In this document: positions 52,715 to 61,014 of the stretch, one piece after another
How the letters are laid out: the number at the start of each line of letters is the position of its first letter
Position numbering within the stretch: position 1 is the first letter of the stretch
Assembly (NCBI GenBank): GCA_965221955.1
Contig: CBDCTA010000029.1
Coordinates: 448,001 to 512,000 of the forward strand
Direction: 5' to 3'
Origin: Gammaproteobacteria bacterium
Lineage (GTDB): Bacteria; Pseudomonadota; Gammaproteobacteria; UBA4575
Length of the DNA stretch: 64,000 nucleotides
Position numbers and translations under genes: made by a program
The notes under the pieces: model-generated
What the model was told of the DNA's origin: nothing
The model's database searches: none
The model's input: the letters and a program-made list of their open reading frames with translations, nothing else

Positions 52715-52865
52715 TAAAGGAAACTTTGATTTATACTGTCATGTTAATTTTTATGGTCGTTAAATTGATTACTTAAAATGCTCATGTATAGTTAATACAC
52801 TCCGCTTTCTCGTAATCAATTTGCCTCATCTCAATCATTTCATTAGTAAATCAAAGCTTCCTTTA
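52715..52865 (+). mobile_element. MITE-like palindromic element, copy 4
   Basis: TAAAGGAAACTTTGATTTA/TAAATCAAAGCTTCCTTTA (18/19 TIR), fills the queG-nnr divergent gap. Confidence 0.78.
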
Positions 52866-52869
52866 AGTT

Positions 52870-54345
52870 ATGAGTGAATTAGCGAATCAAATTTACTTAG
52901 CACATCAAGTACGCGAGCTTGATCGTATTGCCATAGAAGAATTTAACATACCCAGTTTTACTTTAATGCAACGTGCTGCAGAAGCAGCATTTAAAGAAAT
53001 ACAGCAATCATGGCCGAATGTTAGTCGTATTATCGTATTGGTGGGTACGGGCAACAATGGTGGAGATGGCTATGTGATTGCAAGTCTTGCTTTGACTGCA
53101 AATATTGCGACCCAAGTCATTCAGGTGGGTGATCATACGAAATTGCAAGGTGATGCGAAAAAAGCCCACGACTTATTTGTTGAGAAGGGTGGAAAATGTG
53201 AGGTTTTTGACGACCTTGCATATTCAGATTGTGATGTGATTGTAGATGCTTTATTGGGTACTGGTTTGACACGAATGGTTGAAGGCAATTATGCAAAAGC
53301 AATTGGTAGAGCCAATCAGCATTCAGCGCCAATATTAAGTGTTGATATTCCATCAGGCCTTAATGCCGACAATGGTCTTGCAATGGGTATTGCAGCGGTT
53401 GCTCAGGTGACAGTGACCTTTGTAGGTATGAAGCTTGGTTTATTAACTGCAGCGGGGCGTGAGTATTCAGGTAAAATCATTTTTAATCATTTGGAAATTT
53501 CAGAAAAAGTTTATCAATCCATGCCAGCTACTTGTCAATCGATTCAATTAAGTGATTTTCAAACCTTGCTTGGTGCACGTAAAGCAGATGCGCATAAAGG
53601 TGATTTTGGTCATGTGTTGATTATTGGTGGCAATGCAGGCATGGCAGGTTCCGTGATGTTAAGTGCTGAAGCTGCGGCTAGAACGGGTGCAGGTTTGGTT
53701 TCTGTTGCTACCATTCCGCAACATGCAACAGCTGCATTGTCTTCATGTAGAGAAATCATGGTGCATGGAATAGAAGGAGTTTCACAATTAAATACCTTAC
53801 TGCAACAATGTAGCGTCGTAGCAGTGGGCCCTGGGCTTGGGAAAGATGATTGGGCGAAAACTTTATTTGCTCGGGTGATGGAGTTTGAAATTCCCATGGT
53901 TGTGGATGCGGATGGGTTAAATCTTTTAGCTGGTGAGCCAATGCAAAAACCATCGTGGGTGATTACACCGCATCCTGGTGAAGCAGCACGCTTGTTAGAT
54001 TGCTCAACAAAACAAGTACAAGAAGATCGTTTGCAATCCGTGCAGGCATTACAAAAAAAATTTGGTGGAGTAAGTGTATTGAAAGGAAGTGGAACTTTAG
54101 TAGCATCTGAAACCGATGTTTCAATTTGCACTGCAGGTAATCCGGGAATGGCAAGTGGTGGTATGGGGGATGTACTAACCGGAATTATTGCTGGTTTGTT
54201 AGCACAAGGCTTGAATATCTATGATGCTGCTCGTTTTGGTGTGCAGTTGCATGCACAAAGTGCAGATCTTGCTGCGAAAGAGGGTATGCGTGGCATGATT
54301 GCCAGTGATTTATTTATACCACTGCGAAATTTAGTCAACGCTTAA
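52870..54345 (+). CDS. nnr: Bifunctional NAD(P)H-hydrate epimerase/dehydratase
   Basis: GNNGGDG, DIPSG, HKGDFG, TPHPGEAARL, GGMGDVLTG. Confidence 0.95.
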   Translation: MSELANQIYLAHQVRELDRIAIEEFNIPSFTLMQRAAEAAFKEIQQSWPNVSRIIVLVGTGNNGGDGYVIASLALTANIATQVIQVGDHTKLQGDAKKAHDLFVEKGGKCEVFDDLAYSDCDVIVDALLGTGLTRMVEGNYAKAIGRANQHSAPILSVDIPSGLNADNGLAMGIAAVAQVTVTFVGMKLGLLTAAGREYSGKIIFNHLEISEKVYQSMPATCQSIQLSDFQTLLGARKADAHKGDFGHVLIIGGNAGMAGSVMLSAEAAARTGAGLVSVATIPQHATAALSSCREIMVHGIEGVSQLNTLLQQCSVVAVGPGLGKDDWAKTLFARVMEFEIPMVVDADGLNLLAGEPMQKPSWVITPHPGEAARLLDCSTKQVQEDRLQSVQALQKKFGGVSVLKGSGTLVASETDVSICTAGNPGMASGGMGDVLTGIIAGLLAQGLNIYDAARFGVQLHAQSADLAAKEGMRGMIASDLFIPLRNLVNA

Positions 54346-54354
54346 AGATTCCCT

Positions 54355-54801
54355 ATGACGACACTCGTAGGCGAATCTGCCACATTAGAGTTTTCTGCAA
54401 AATTTGCATCCTTATGTAAGCCACCATTAGTGATTTATTTGCAAGGTGATTTGGGTAGCGGCAAAACGACTTTTGCACGTGGATTGATCGGAGCCTTAGG
54501 GTATTGCGGCAATGTGAAGAGTCCAACATTCTCTCTAGTAGAAATCTATGATTTTGAAGGGATGCGCCTTTACCATTTCGACCTATATCGTTTAAAAGAT
54601 CCGCTTGAATTGGAGTACACCGGTATACGAGATTTGGTAGGAGAAGATGAAGTAGTGTGTCTAATCGAGTGGCCAGAGCGAGGTGGAGAAGAGTTACCGC
54701 CAGCAGATTTAGTCATAAAACTGGAATATCAAGGCGATGCTCGCAAAGTAGCTTGGCAGGCTGAATCAACAAAAGGTCAAGCGATTATCGATAAATTATG
54801 A
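54355..54801 (+). CDS. tsaE: tRNA threonylcarbamoyladenosine biosynthesis ATPase TsaE
   Basis: GDLGSGKT, VKSPTF, HFDLYRL, IEWPE. Confidence 0.96.
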   Translation: MTTLVGESATLEFSAKFASLCKPPLVIYLQGDLGSGKTTFARGLIGALGYCGNVKSPTFSLVEIYDFEGMRLYHFDLYRLKDPLELEYTGIRDLVGEDEVVCLIEWPERGGEELPPADLVIKLEYQGDARKVAWQAESTKGQAIIDKL

Positions 54802-54919
54802 GATCAGGCTCTAATAAATTGGCATAGGCCATTAGTTTTAATAGAGTTTTTGCTTGCAATTTCGTTTATATTTGTCACACTTTAAGTCCGGTTTCATGTT
54901 GTAAGGACTACAGCCCCAC

Positions 54920-56359
54920 GTGCAGCAGCATTTTCATACTGGTAATCCGTTAAAAATACAGGCATCAAGATTAGCTCAAATTCTAATCTATTCCATTTCT
55001 GTGTTAGTAGGTTCAGTGTTTTTCATGCTGAGCACTTCCAGTTTTGCTGCCAACAATATTGCTCAAATCAGTGATCTTCGAATTGCCGATCGCAAGACAG
55101 AAACACGAATAGTTTTCGATTTAAACGCACCTGTAAAGCACAGTATTTTTGTACTAAAAAATCCAGACCGTGTAGTGTTGGATATCGGGCAATGCGATGC
55201 GAATGGCAAGCTCAAAGTGGGTCGCGTGGGTGGCACACTGGTTAAAGATTTGCGTTATGCACAAAAGACGAATGAAAAATTACGCGTCGTATTTGATTTA
55301 AATTCACCGGTATCCCCAAAAAGCTTTTTGTTGCCACCACAAAGTGGCAAGGCCTATCGATTAGTCATCGATCTGACTGCGACAACTGCGCTTACAACGG
55401 CTCCAAGTGAAACAAAAAAGCCGCACGCTGAACCTGTAGTAGCTATGAAAGATGCACCTGTAAGCCGTCGTGATGTCGTCATCGCAATTGATGCAGGTCA
55501 TGGAGGTAAAGACCCGGGTGCAATTGGTCGTGGAGGCACGCGTGAAAAAGATATTGTGCTTTCTATTTCTAAAAGACTTAAAAATCTAATTGATAAAGAA
55601 CCTGGAATGAAAGCAGTGTTAATTCGAGATCGTGATACTTTTGTTCCGTTAAGAGGAAGAATTAAAAAAGCCAGCAAGTTAAATGCTGATATTTTTCTTT
55701 CTATTCATGCGGATGCTGCAGTAAATCGTCGTGCTAAGGGTTCTTCGGTATATGTGCTATCGCAACATGGTGCAACCAGTGAGGCCGCGCGTATCTTAGC
55801 GCAACGCGAAAATGCGTCAGATAAAATTGGTGGGGTTAGCCTAGAAGACAAAGATGATGTGTTGAAATCGGTATTGGTCGATTTATCACAAACCGCGACC
55901 ATTGATGCCAGTATCGACTTAGCAGAAGACATTCTTAACGAGCTCGCTAAAGTTGGAAATATATTACGAGACGAAGTAGAACAAGCGGGTTTTGCAGTGT
56001 TGAAATCGCCCGACATTCCATCTGTTTTAGTTGAGACTGCATTTATTTCAAACCCTGCAGAAGAAAAGCGTTTAAAAACAACAACGCATCAACAAAAACT
56101 TGCTACCGCAATTCTTAAGGGTTTACGTCGTTATGCAAAAGATCATGCTCCTGCAAATGCAATTTTGGCGAGTGCTCCGACTCCTACACCACTGACTAGA
56201 TACACCATAAAACGTGGCGATACCTTGTCTGGCATTGCGGTACGTTACAAAGTCAGCATTAGAGATTTACGCAAAGCGAATGGATTGCGTTCAGATGTAC
56301 TTAAAGTAGGGCAAGTATTAACCATTCCAACATCACCTATGGTTACTGCTGGCGCGTAA
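54920..56359 (+). CDS. amiB: N-acetylmuramoyl-L-alanine amidase (AMIN + Amidase_3 + LysM)
   Basis: IDAGHGGKDPGA, SIHAD, LVETAFISN, C-terminal LysM; follows tsaE. Confidence 0.9.
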   Translation: MQQHFHTGNPLKIQASRLAQILIYSISVLVGSVFFMLSTSSFAANNIAQISDLRIADRKTETRIVFDLNAPVKHSIFVLKNPDRVVLDIGQCDANGKLKVGRVGGTLVKDLRYAQKTNEKLRVVFDLNSPVSPKSFLLPPQSGKAYRLVIDLTATTALTTAPSETKKPHAEPVVAMKDAPVSRRDVVIAIDAGHGGKDPGAIGRGGTREKDIVLSISKRLKNLIDKEPGMKAVLIRDRDTFVPLRGRIKKASKLNADIFLSIHADAAVNRRAKGSSVYVLSQHGATSEAARILAQRENASDKIGGVSLEDKDDVLKSVLVDLSQTATIDASIDLAEDILNELAKVGNILRDEVEQAGFAVLKSPDIPSVLVETAFISNPAEEKRLKTTTHQQKLATAILKGLRRYAKDHAPANAILASAPTPTPLTRYTIKRGDTLSGIAVRYKVSIRDLRKANGLRSDVLKVGQVLTIPTSPMVTAGA

Positions 56360-56379
56360 TTTAAAAAGTTTGATTTGAA

Positions 56380-56556
56380 GGGAGAGCTGCGCACGGATGC
56401 GCAATTATATTGTGAGTCTAGGGGTATGCGAATATGATTCGCAGAGAGGGCGACCTACAGAGATGTTGGAAGTGCTAGAAAGCAGGATGCAGTTTCTAGT
56501 GAGACGCAACTGATTAAAGTCCAGTGATTTTAATTAAGCGCAGGTTGGGGAGCTCA
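56380..56556. repeat. Multi-hairpin intergenic element
   Basis: TGCGCA-cgga-TGCGCA, TGCGAAT/ATTCGCA, CTAGAAA...TTTCTAG, closing GAGCT/AGCTC. Confidence 0.55.
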
Positions 56557-56570
56557 AAGCATATTTTCAA

Positions 56571-56600
56571 AAAGTCAGCTTTCGGTCAATAGCAGACATT
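56571..56600 (+). repeat. 30-bp palindromic site E
   Basis: AAAGTCAGCT-TTCGGTCAAT-AGCAGACATT, 14 bp from the sigma-factor stop. Confidence 0.8.
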
Positions 56601-56614
56601 CAATGTATCACTTA

Positions 56615-57181
56615 CTAGCAACATTGATCCTTATTTAAGCTGTTTTTTTGCTTATACTCGATCACCTTTCCAAAACGATCCTTTTCAATTTCACAACAAG
56701 CTAGAAGTTCTTCTTTTAATTTAATGCGTCCTCGCTGTATACGTGACTTCATTCCTGAAACCGAAATACCTATTCGCTCTGCGGCATCAGCTTGCTTAAT
56801 TTCATTGAAGTCTGCTAATAGCAGAGCTTCCTTGTATTTCGGTTCCAGCTTGTTTGTAAGTGGTCTCAAACATTTGGCAAATTCACTATCTACGTTGTCA
56901 GGCATACTTTCATAATCAGCTATTGTAGTTTCAAGGTCATTAACATCATTTGATGCATTTATATTCGAGTGTTTTCGGTAATAGTCTGTAATTCTATTTT
57001 TGGCAACGATGTAAATCCATGCAAGTGGATTTTCAGCATCAGTTAACGCGCCCTCATTTTGTAGTACGCTTAAGAGAATGTCGTGTACTAAATCCTCAGA
57101 TACATCGACATCCACTTTGGTACGAATATACTTGGTTAATAAGGATCGCAACTCATCCCAAGTTGTATTTAATTCGGACAT
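56615..57181 (-). CDS. ECF sigma factor, SigZ-like
   Basis: EDLVHDI, AWIYIVAKN, SVSGMKSRIQRGR..LK..LLACC. Confidence 0.88.
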   Translation of the reverse strand: MSELNTTWDELRSLLTKYIRTKVDVDVSEDLVHDILLSVLQNEGALTDAENPLAWIYIVAKNRITDYYRKHSNINASNDVNDLETTIADYESMPDNVDSEFAKCLRPLTNKLEPKYKEALLLADFNEIKQADAAERIGISVSGMKSRIQRGRIKLKEELLACCEIEKDRFGKVIEYKQKNSLNKDQCC

Positions 57182-57586
57182 TTATGCACAACACGCACTT
57201 GATTTTGAGGCATTGGCTTCATCGGGATTATCGTTGGTTATGGTGTACCACTCCCAATTTAGTCCTTGCGGCTCGGTTGACCACACTTTGTCTTGTGTCG
57301 CAAAGCAGCATGTTGTTTGATCTTCAATTTTGTTTGCGATGTCATCACGTTCGAGTCGCTTTATTACCTCACCCAAATCATCATTTTGATCTACTTCCAC
57401 TCCAAGATGATTGATTCTGTCATTCGCATTGGGATCTTCAATCAGAACCAGCTTCAATGGTGGATTATCAATCACAAAGTTTGCGTATCCCTTTCTTCGT
57501 TTATGTGGCTTAGTATCGAAGAGTTTTGTGTAATAGCTTACAGCTTCGTCAATATTCCTTACGTTTAAGGCTAATTGTAGTCTCAT
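57182..57586 (-). CDS. ArsI/CadI family VOC-fold metalloenzyme
   Basis: LQLALNV, GYANF, NHLGVEV, TTCCFATQDKVW, terminal CC. Confidence 0.92.
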   Translation of the reverse strand: MRLQLALNVRNIDEAVSYYTKLFDTKPHKRRKGYANFVIDNPPLKLVLIEDPNANDRINHLGVEVDQNDDLGEVIKRLERDDIANKIEDQTTCCFATQDKVWSTEPQGLNWEWYTITNDNPDEANASKSSACCA

Positions 57587-57670
57587 AGTACTTGCTCCAA
57601 ATTCATTAATTGAGTTAGTAGTAAAAGACGTTTCAAAAAGGAAAAGGACGCAAAAATTAGTTAACTGGGG

Positions 57671-57700
57671 AATGCCCGCTTTGGGTCGTTAGCGGACATT
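57671..57700 (+). repeat. 30-bp palindromic site F (closest to consensus)
   Basis: AATGCCCGCT-TTGGGTCGTT-AGCGGACATT. Confidence 0.9.
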
Positions 57701-57743
57701 TTAAGATTGTAAATTACTGATTCCAACACATTGCGTCCCATAA

Positions 57744-57774
57744 TTTGTCTGCATTCGGCTCAGAAGTGTCCATT
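57744..57774 (+). repeat. 30-bp palindromic site G (degenerate)
   Basis: TTTGTCTGCA-TTCGGCTCAGA-AGTGTCCATT. Confidence 0.55.
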
Positions 57775-57842
57775 TGCTCGTATCTTGATTGAGTGCTTGT
57801 TAGCGACTGTATAACTTATTCAATAATACAATGAGCAATTTC

Positions 57843-58034
57843 TTAGCGTTCGATTCGAACCTCATCCATCTTGGACATCCTTCTTTTAAGTTCTTTCTCA
57901 AGGATATTTCTTGCATACGGTTTCATTCTCTTCCATTTCTCACATTCCTGTTCAGTTCGACCGCAACCCAGGCACCAGCCTTTGGGTCCTTTGAACTGAC
58001 ACACATCGATACAAGGACTTTTTTGCCGTTTCAC
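57843..58034 (-). CDS. DUF1289 family protein
   Basis: SPCIDVC...WCLGCGRTEQE..KW. Confidence 0.88.
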   Translation of the reverse strand: MKRQKSPCIDVCQFKGPKGWCLGCGRTEQECEKWKRMKPYARNILEKELKRRMSKMDEVRIER

Positions 58035-58080
58035 TGTTTATTGCACCATTTAAACGCTTGTGCTTTTTTATCAACTCAAG

Positions 58081-58521
58081 CTAGGTTTGCACTAGACTCA
58101 GTGCTTGTTCTATACCTTTTTCCAGCTGTCGAAGTCTGTTGAACTCTTCGAGTAGCCGTTGTTCCAAATTCTTAAAATTGAGAGGGAGCGTTCTTTTACA
58201 AATGCTGTATCCTTCACCGATCTGATAACCCTTCCAATTTTTTATACGATCGCTTTCTAGGGCTAGAAATTCTTGAATGAATTCCTGCTGTGAAGGGCAA
58301 TCTTCTTCTGCATGCATACAGATTGGGAAGGCTTTTTGTTTAATTTCTCTGGCTTCTATGAAAGTTTCAAAATGTATTCCTCCTTGATTATGATTGTGCC
58401 AGTTATATTTGTAGAGTTGCAGATAAACACCGCGGTTGTAAATTTCCCAACCACTATCAAACCAACTTGATTGATTAATTTTTCTTTCAAGGTTTCGAAA
58501 AACTTTTTTTATATCTTTCAT
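58081..58521 (-). CDS. Hypothetical protein
   Basis: Likely start MKDIKK; Trp/His-rich segment WHNHNQGGIHFETFIE; no family recognised. Confidence 0.75.
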   Translation of the reverse strand: MKDIKKVFRNLERKINQSSWFDSGWEIYNRGVYLQLYKYNWHNHNQGGIHFETFIEAREIKQKAFPICMHAEEDCPSQQEFIQEFLALESDRIKNWKGYQIGEGYSICKRTLPLNFKNLEQRLLEEFNRLRQLEKGIEQALSLVQT

Positions 58522-58629
58522 GTTTAGGATATTTCTTAATTTAAAGTCGGTAGACAAAAGCTAATAGTTACGAAACTTTGATGAAATATGGAAAAGTGCA
58601 AATACGAATCTTATTATCATAAATTAATT

Positions 58630-58659
58630 AATGTCTGCTTTGGGTCGTTAGCGGCCATT
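58630..58659 (+). repeat. 30-bp palindromic site H touching the sohB stop codon
   Basis: AATGTCTGCT-TTGGGTCGTT-AGCGGCCATT. Confidence 0.88.
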
Positions 58660-59684
58660 CAATTAAACAATTTCGAGTCTTGTTCTTTTTGCCACCAAGA
58701 AAAAAATAATTTATCTATGGTCATCTGCATGGAGGTTGCAAAACGTTCGCTGATGGTTTTAGGCACTTCATATTTAATTTCATAAATGTCTGCCTCGTTG
58801 CTCGCGTTTAATAAGTAATCGTCACTGGTAATCAGTTCATCTACGAGTTTGAGCTCAAGTCCGCGTGTGGCAAGCCAATGTTCACCTGTAGCGACTTTAT
58901 CGATTTCAAGAATAGGACGATTCTCTTTTACAAACTCTTTGAATAAGTCGTGAGTGTCTTCTAATTGCTCGTTAAAATGCGCACGATCTTCATCGGTGTT
59001 TTTACCAAACATGGTGACTGTGCGCTTGAGCTCACCTGCCTTCATCAATTCAAAGTCCACACCATGCTTATCTAGAAAGCGATTGAAGTTTGGTAATTGT
59101 GCTAGTACGCCAATGGAGCCAACGATGGCAAAAGGAGCAGCAATAATTTTGTCGGCTACGCATGCCATCATATAGCCACCGCTTGCGGCTACCTTGTCGA
59201 CTGCAACAGTGAGTGGAATACCTTTTTGTTTTATGCGTAAAAGTTGCGAAGAAGCGAAACCATGTTCATGTACTAATCCGCCAGCATTTTCTAAACAAAC
59301 CACCACCTCATCTGAGCTATCCGCTACTGATAAAATTGCTGTGATCTCTTTTCTGAGATGGCGTACAGCAGAAGCTTTTATGTTGCCTAAGAAATTAAGT
59401 ACAAAAATACGTTTTTTATCTGTATCAGGATGTTTCTTTTCTTTTTTACGTTCTTTCTTATTTTCTTTTTTTACCTTTTTTAAATCTTTTTTAGATAACA
59501 AAGCAAAACGTAGTCGATCAGACATATTCTTATACTTTTTATTTAGATGAGTGATCTCAAAATGATCATGGCTACGTGCTTTTTTCGAAAAGGAAAATGC
59601 CAGCATCATAAGTACCCAAATAAAAATCAGGGCGGTGATTGCCTTGGCAAAAAATAATCCGTATTCGGTTAAAAATTCGATCAT
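58659..59684 (-). CDS. sohB: S49 family protease SohB
   Basis: DKVAASGGYMMAC, GSIGV..Q.PNF, KRTVTMFG, ATGEHW. Confidence 0.95.
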   Translation of the reverse strand: MIEFLTEYGLFFAKAITALIFIWVLMMLAFSFSKKARSHDHFEITHLNKKYKNMSDRLRFALLSKKDLKKVKKENKKERKKEKKHPDTDKKRIFVLNFLGNIKASAVRHLRKEITAILSVADSSDEVVVCLENAGGLVHEHGFASSQLLRIKQKGIPLTVAVDKVAASGGYMMACVADKIIAAPFAIVGSIGVLAQLPNFNRFLDKHGVDFELMKAGELKRTVTMFGKNTDEDRAHFNEQLEDTHDLFKEFVKENRPILEIDKVATGEHWLATRGLELKLVDELITSDDYLLNASNEADIYEIKYEVPKTISERFATSMQMTIDKLFFSWWQKEQDSKLFN

Positions 59685-59708
59685 GGGCTGATTTCCTAGT
59701 TTATTTTG

Positions 59709-60545
59709 TTATTCCTGATATAGGCATTCGTAGCTGCTGAAGAATTGTCCATGTGCATTCTCTGAGGAATCATCGTAGAACAACGACTTCAATTGTAATC
59801 GGGGTGTGTTTAGAATAGATCCGTCAATAATGGTTCTGAAGATTTCGCTGCCTAACAATTGATGTGAAGTACTTAAGTAAATTTTGCTGAGTTGTTGATC
59901 TTCAACCATGGTATGCAGCATTTTAGGTCCAGCGATTAAATAAAAATGTTTATAGTTTTTACGAATAAGTGCATCTATTAAAGGTTTGCCTTCTACCAAA
60001 CTAGATTCTCCCGTGATGAGCACTTCAAATCCTTCTTCTTGCCACTGCTTAATTTTATTTTCATCGGCGTTTTGTCCAGTAGCAATATAAACTTGTTGAG
60101 TATTTTCTTTCAGTGATGGATGCATGGGAAAATCGAGGCTAGCGCTTGCAATAACCAAGGCTGGATGTGGCGACAATCCTTGTAGCGTTCGCCAGTTATA
60201 TAAATCTTCACAGTCTCTTTCATCAGGTAGTTGTAGGATATTACCTAGTTTTTTTTCAGCTAAAGCGCGCATATAACCACCGTGGGTGATTAAACAATCT
60301 GCTTGCGCGTGGAGTTCTAAAAATAATCGAAAATCTTCATCACTCGTAAGTGATTTGGGGAGTTCAGCAGCTTGGATGTTGCTTGAGCTTATGGCGATGC
60401 GCCCATCAAGACTGCTTAGAAAATTAGCAACTACAGTAGCTTGTTCTGAGTTGGATGAATACCAGCCATGTTTGTATAGATATAGATTTTTTAATTCAAT
60501 TGTTTCAGAGGACTGAGGATAAAGTTGTAAAAGCTTCTTAGCCAT
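59709..60545 (-). CDS. RibD C-terminal (DHFR-like) reductase domain protein
   Basis: NFLSSLDGRIA, DFRLFLELHAQAD, AGPKMLH. Confidence 0.8.
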   Translation of the reverse strand: MAKKLLQLYPQSSETIELKNLYLYKHGWYSSNSEQATVVANFLSSLDGRIAISSSNIQAAELPKSLTSDEDFRLFLELHAQADCLITHGGYMRALAEKKLGNILQLPDERDCEDLYNWRTLQGLSPHPALVIASASLDFPMHPSLKENTQQVYIATGQNADENKIKQWQEEGFEVLITGESSLVEGKPLIDALIRKNYKHFYLIAGPKMLHTMVEDQQLSKIYLSTSHQLLGSEIFRTIIDGSILNTPRLQLKSLFYDDSSENAHGQFFSSYECLYQE

Positions 60546-60624
60546 AACAGCTGGATTAAAAATTCTGGGTTATAGGATTGTTATGATTATCATTGGATAA
60601 TTTTGCATTATCCTAGCACGACCT

Positions 60625-61005
60625 TTGTATAAATTTATGCAAAAACCAAACATTTCCATCGCAATTCCAAAGCAGCGCTATAAGTTTGGCGCATATACGA
60701 TTGTTGTACTTGAAGAAATTGAATCTAAGGGTGAAATTGAATTCCTCTATTTGCTTGCAGGTATTAAAGACGGGCACAATGAGCCTGAAATTTACATCAC
60801 ATGTGAAAAAGCACAGCCAGATTCAATTGAAAAAGGCTCTCACATTATTAGAGTATTTGCCCAACAATTAGACTCCGAGCAATCGGGTAGTGTTATCGAT
60901 CAATCCAATTCATGGAGCGATCGAGACGCTTTTGTTTCCTATGGTCTTTCGGGTTTTAAACAGATGTTGGGTTTAGAAGATGAAGAGCCTTATTTATTAG
61001 TGTAG
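60625..61005 (+). CDS. Hypothetical protein
   Basis: 126-aa ORF directly upstream of mutL; start may be MQKP at 60637. Confidence 0.7.
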   Translation: MYKFMQKPNISIAIPKQRYKFGAYTIVVLEEIESKGEIEFLYLLAGIKDGHNEPEIYITCEKAQPDSIEKGSHIIRVFAQQLDSEQSGSVIDQSNSWSDRDAFVSYGLSGFKQMLGLEDEEPYLLV

Positions 61006-61014
61006 CCAACTATT

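Noticed and set aside
57831-58142. 103-aa plus-strand ORF
   Set aside because: Antisense to the DUF1289 gene, which has clear family motifs.
56571-58659. Classical integron attC sites or XerCD dif/pdif sites
   Set aside because: Sites are only 30 bp, lack RYYYAAC/GTTRRRY ends and the XerD arm TTATGTTAAAT, and no intI is present.
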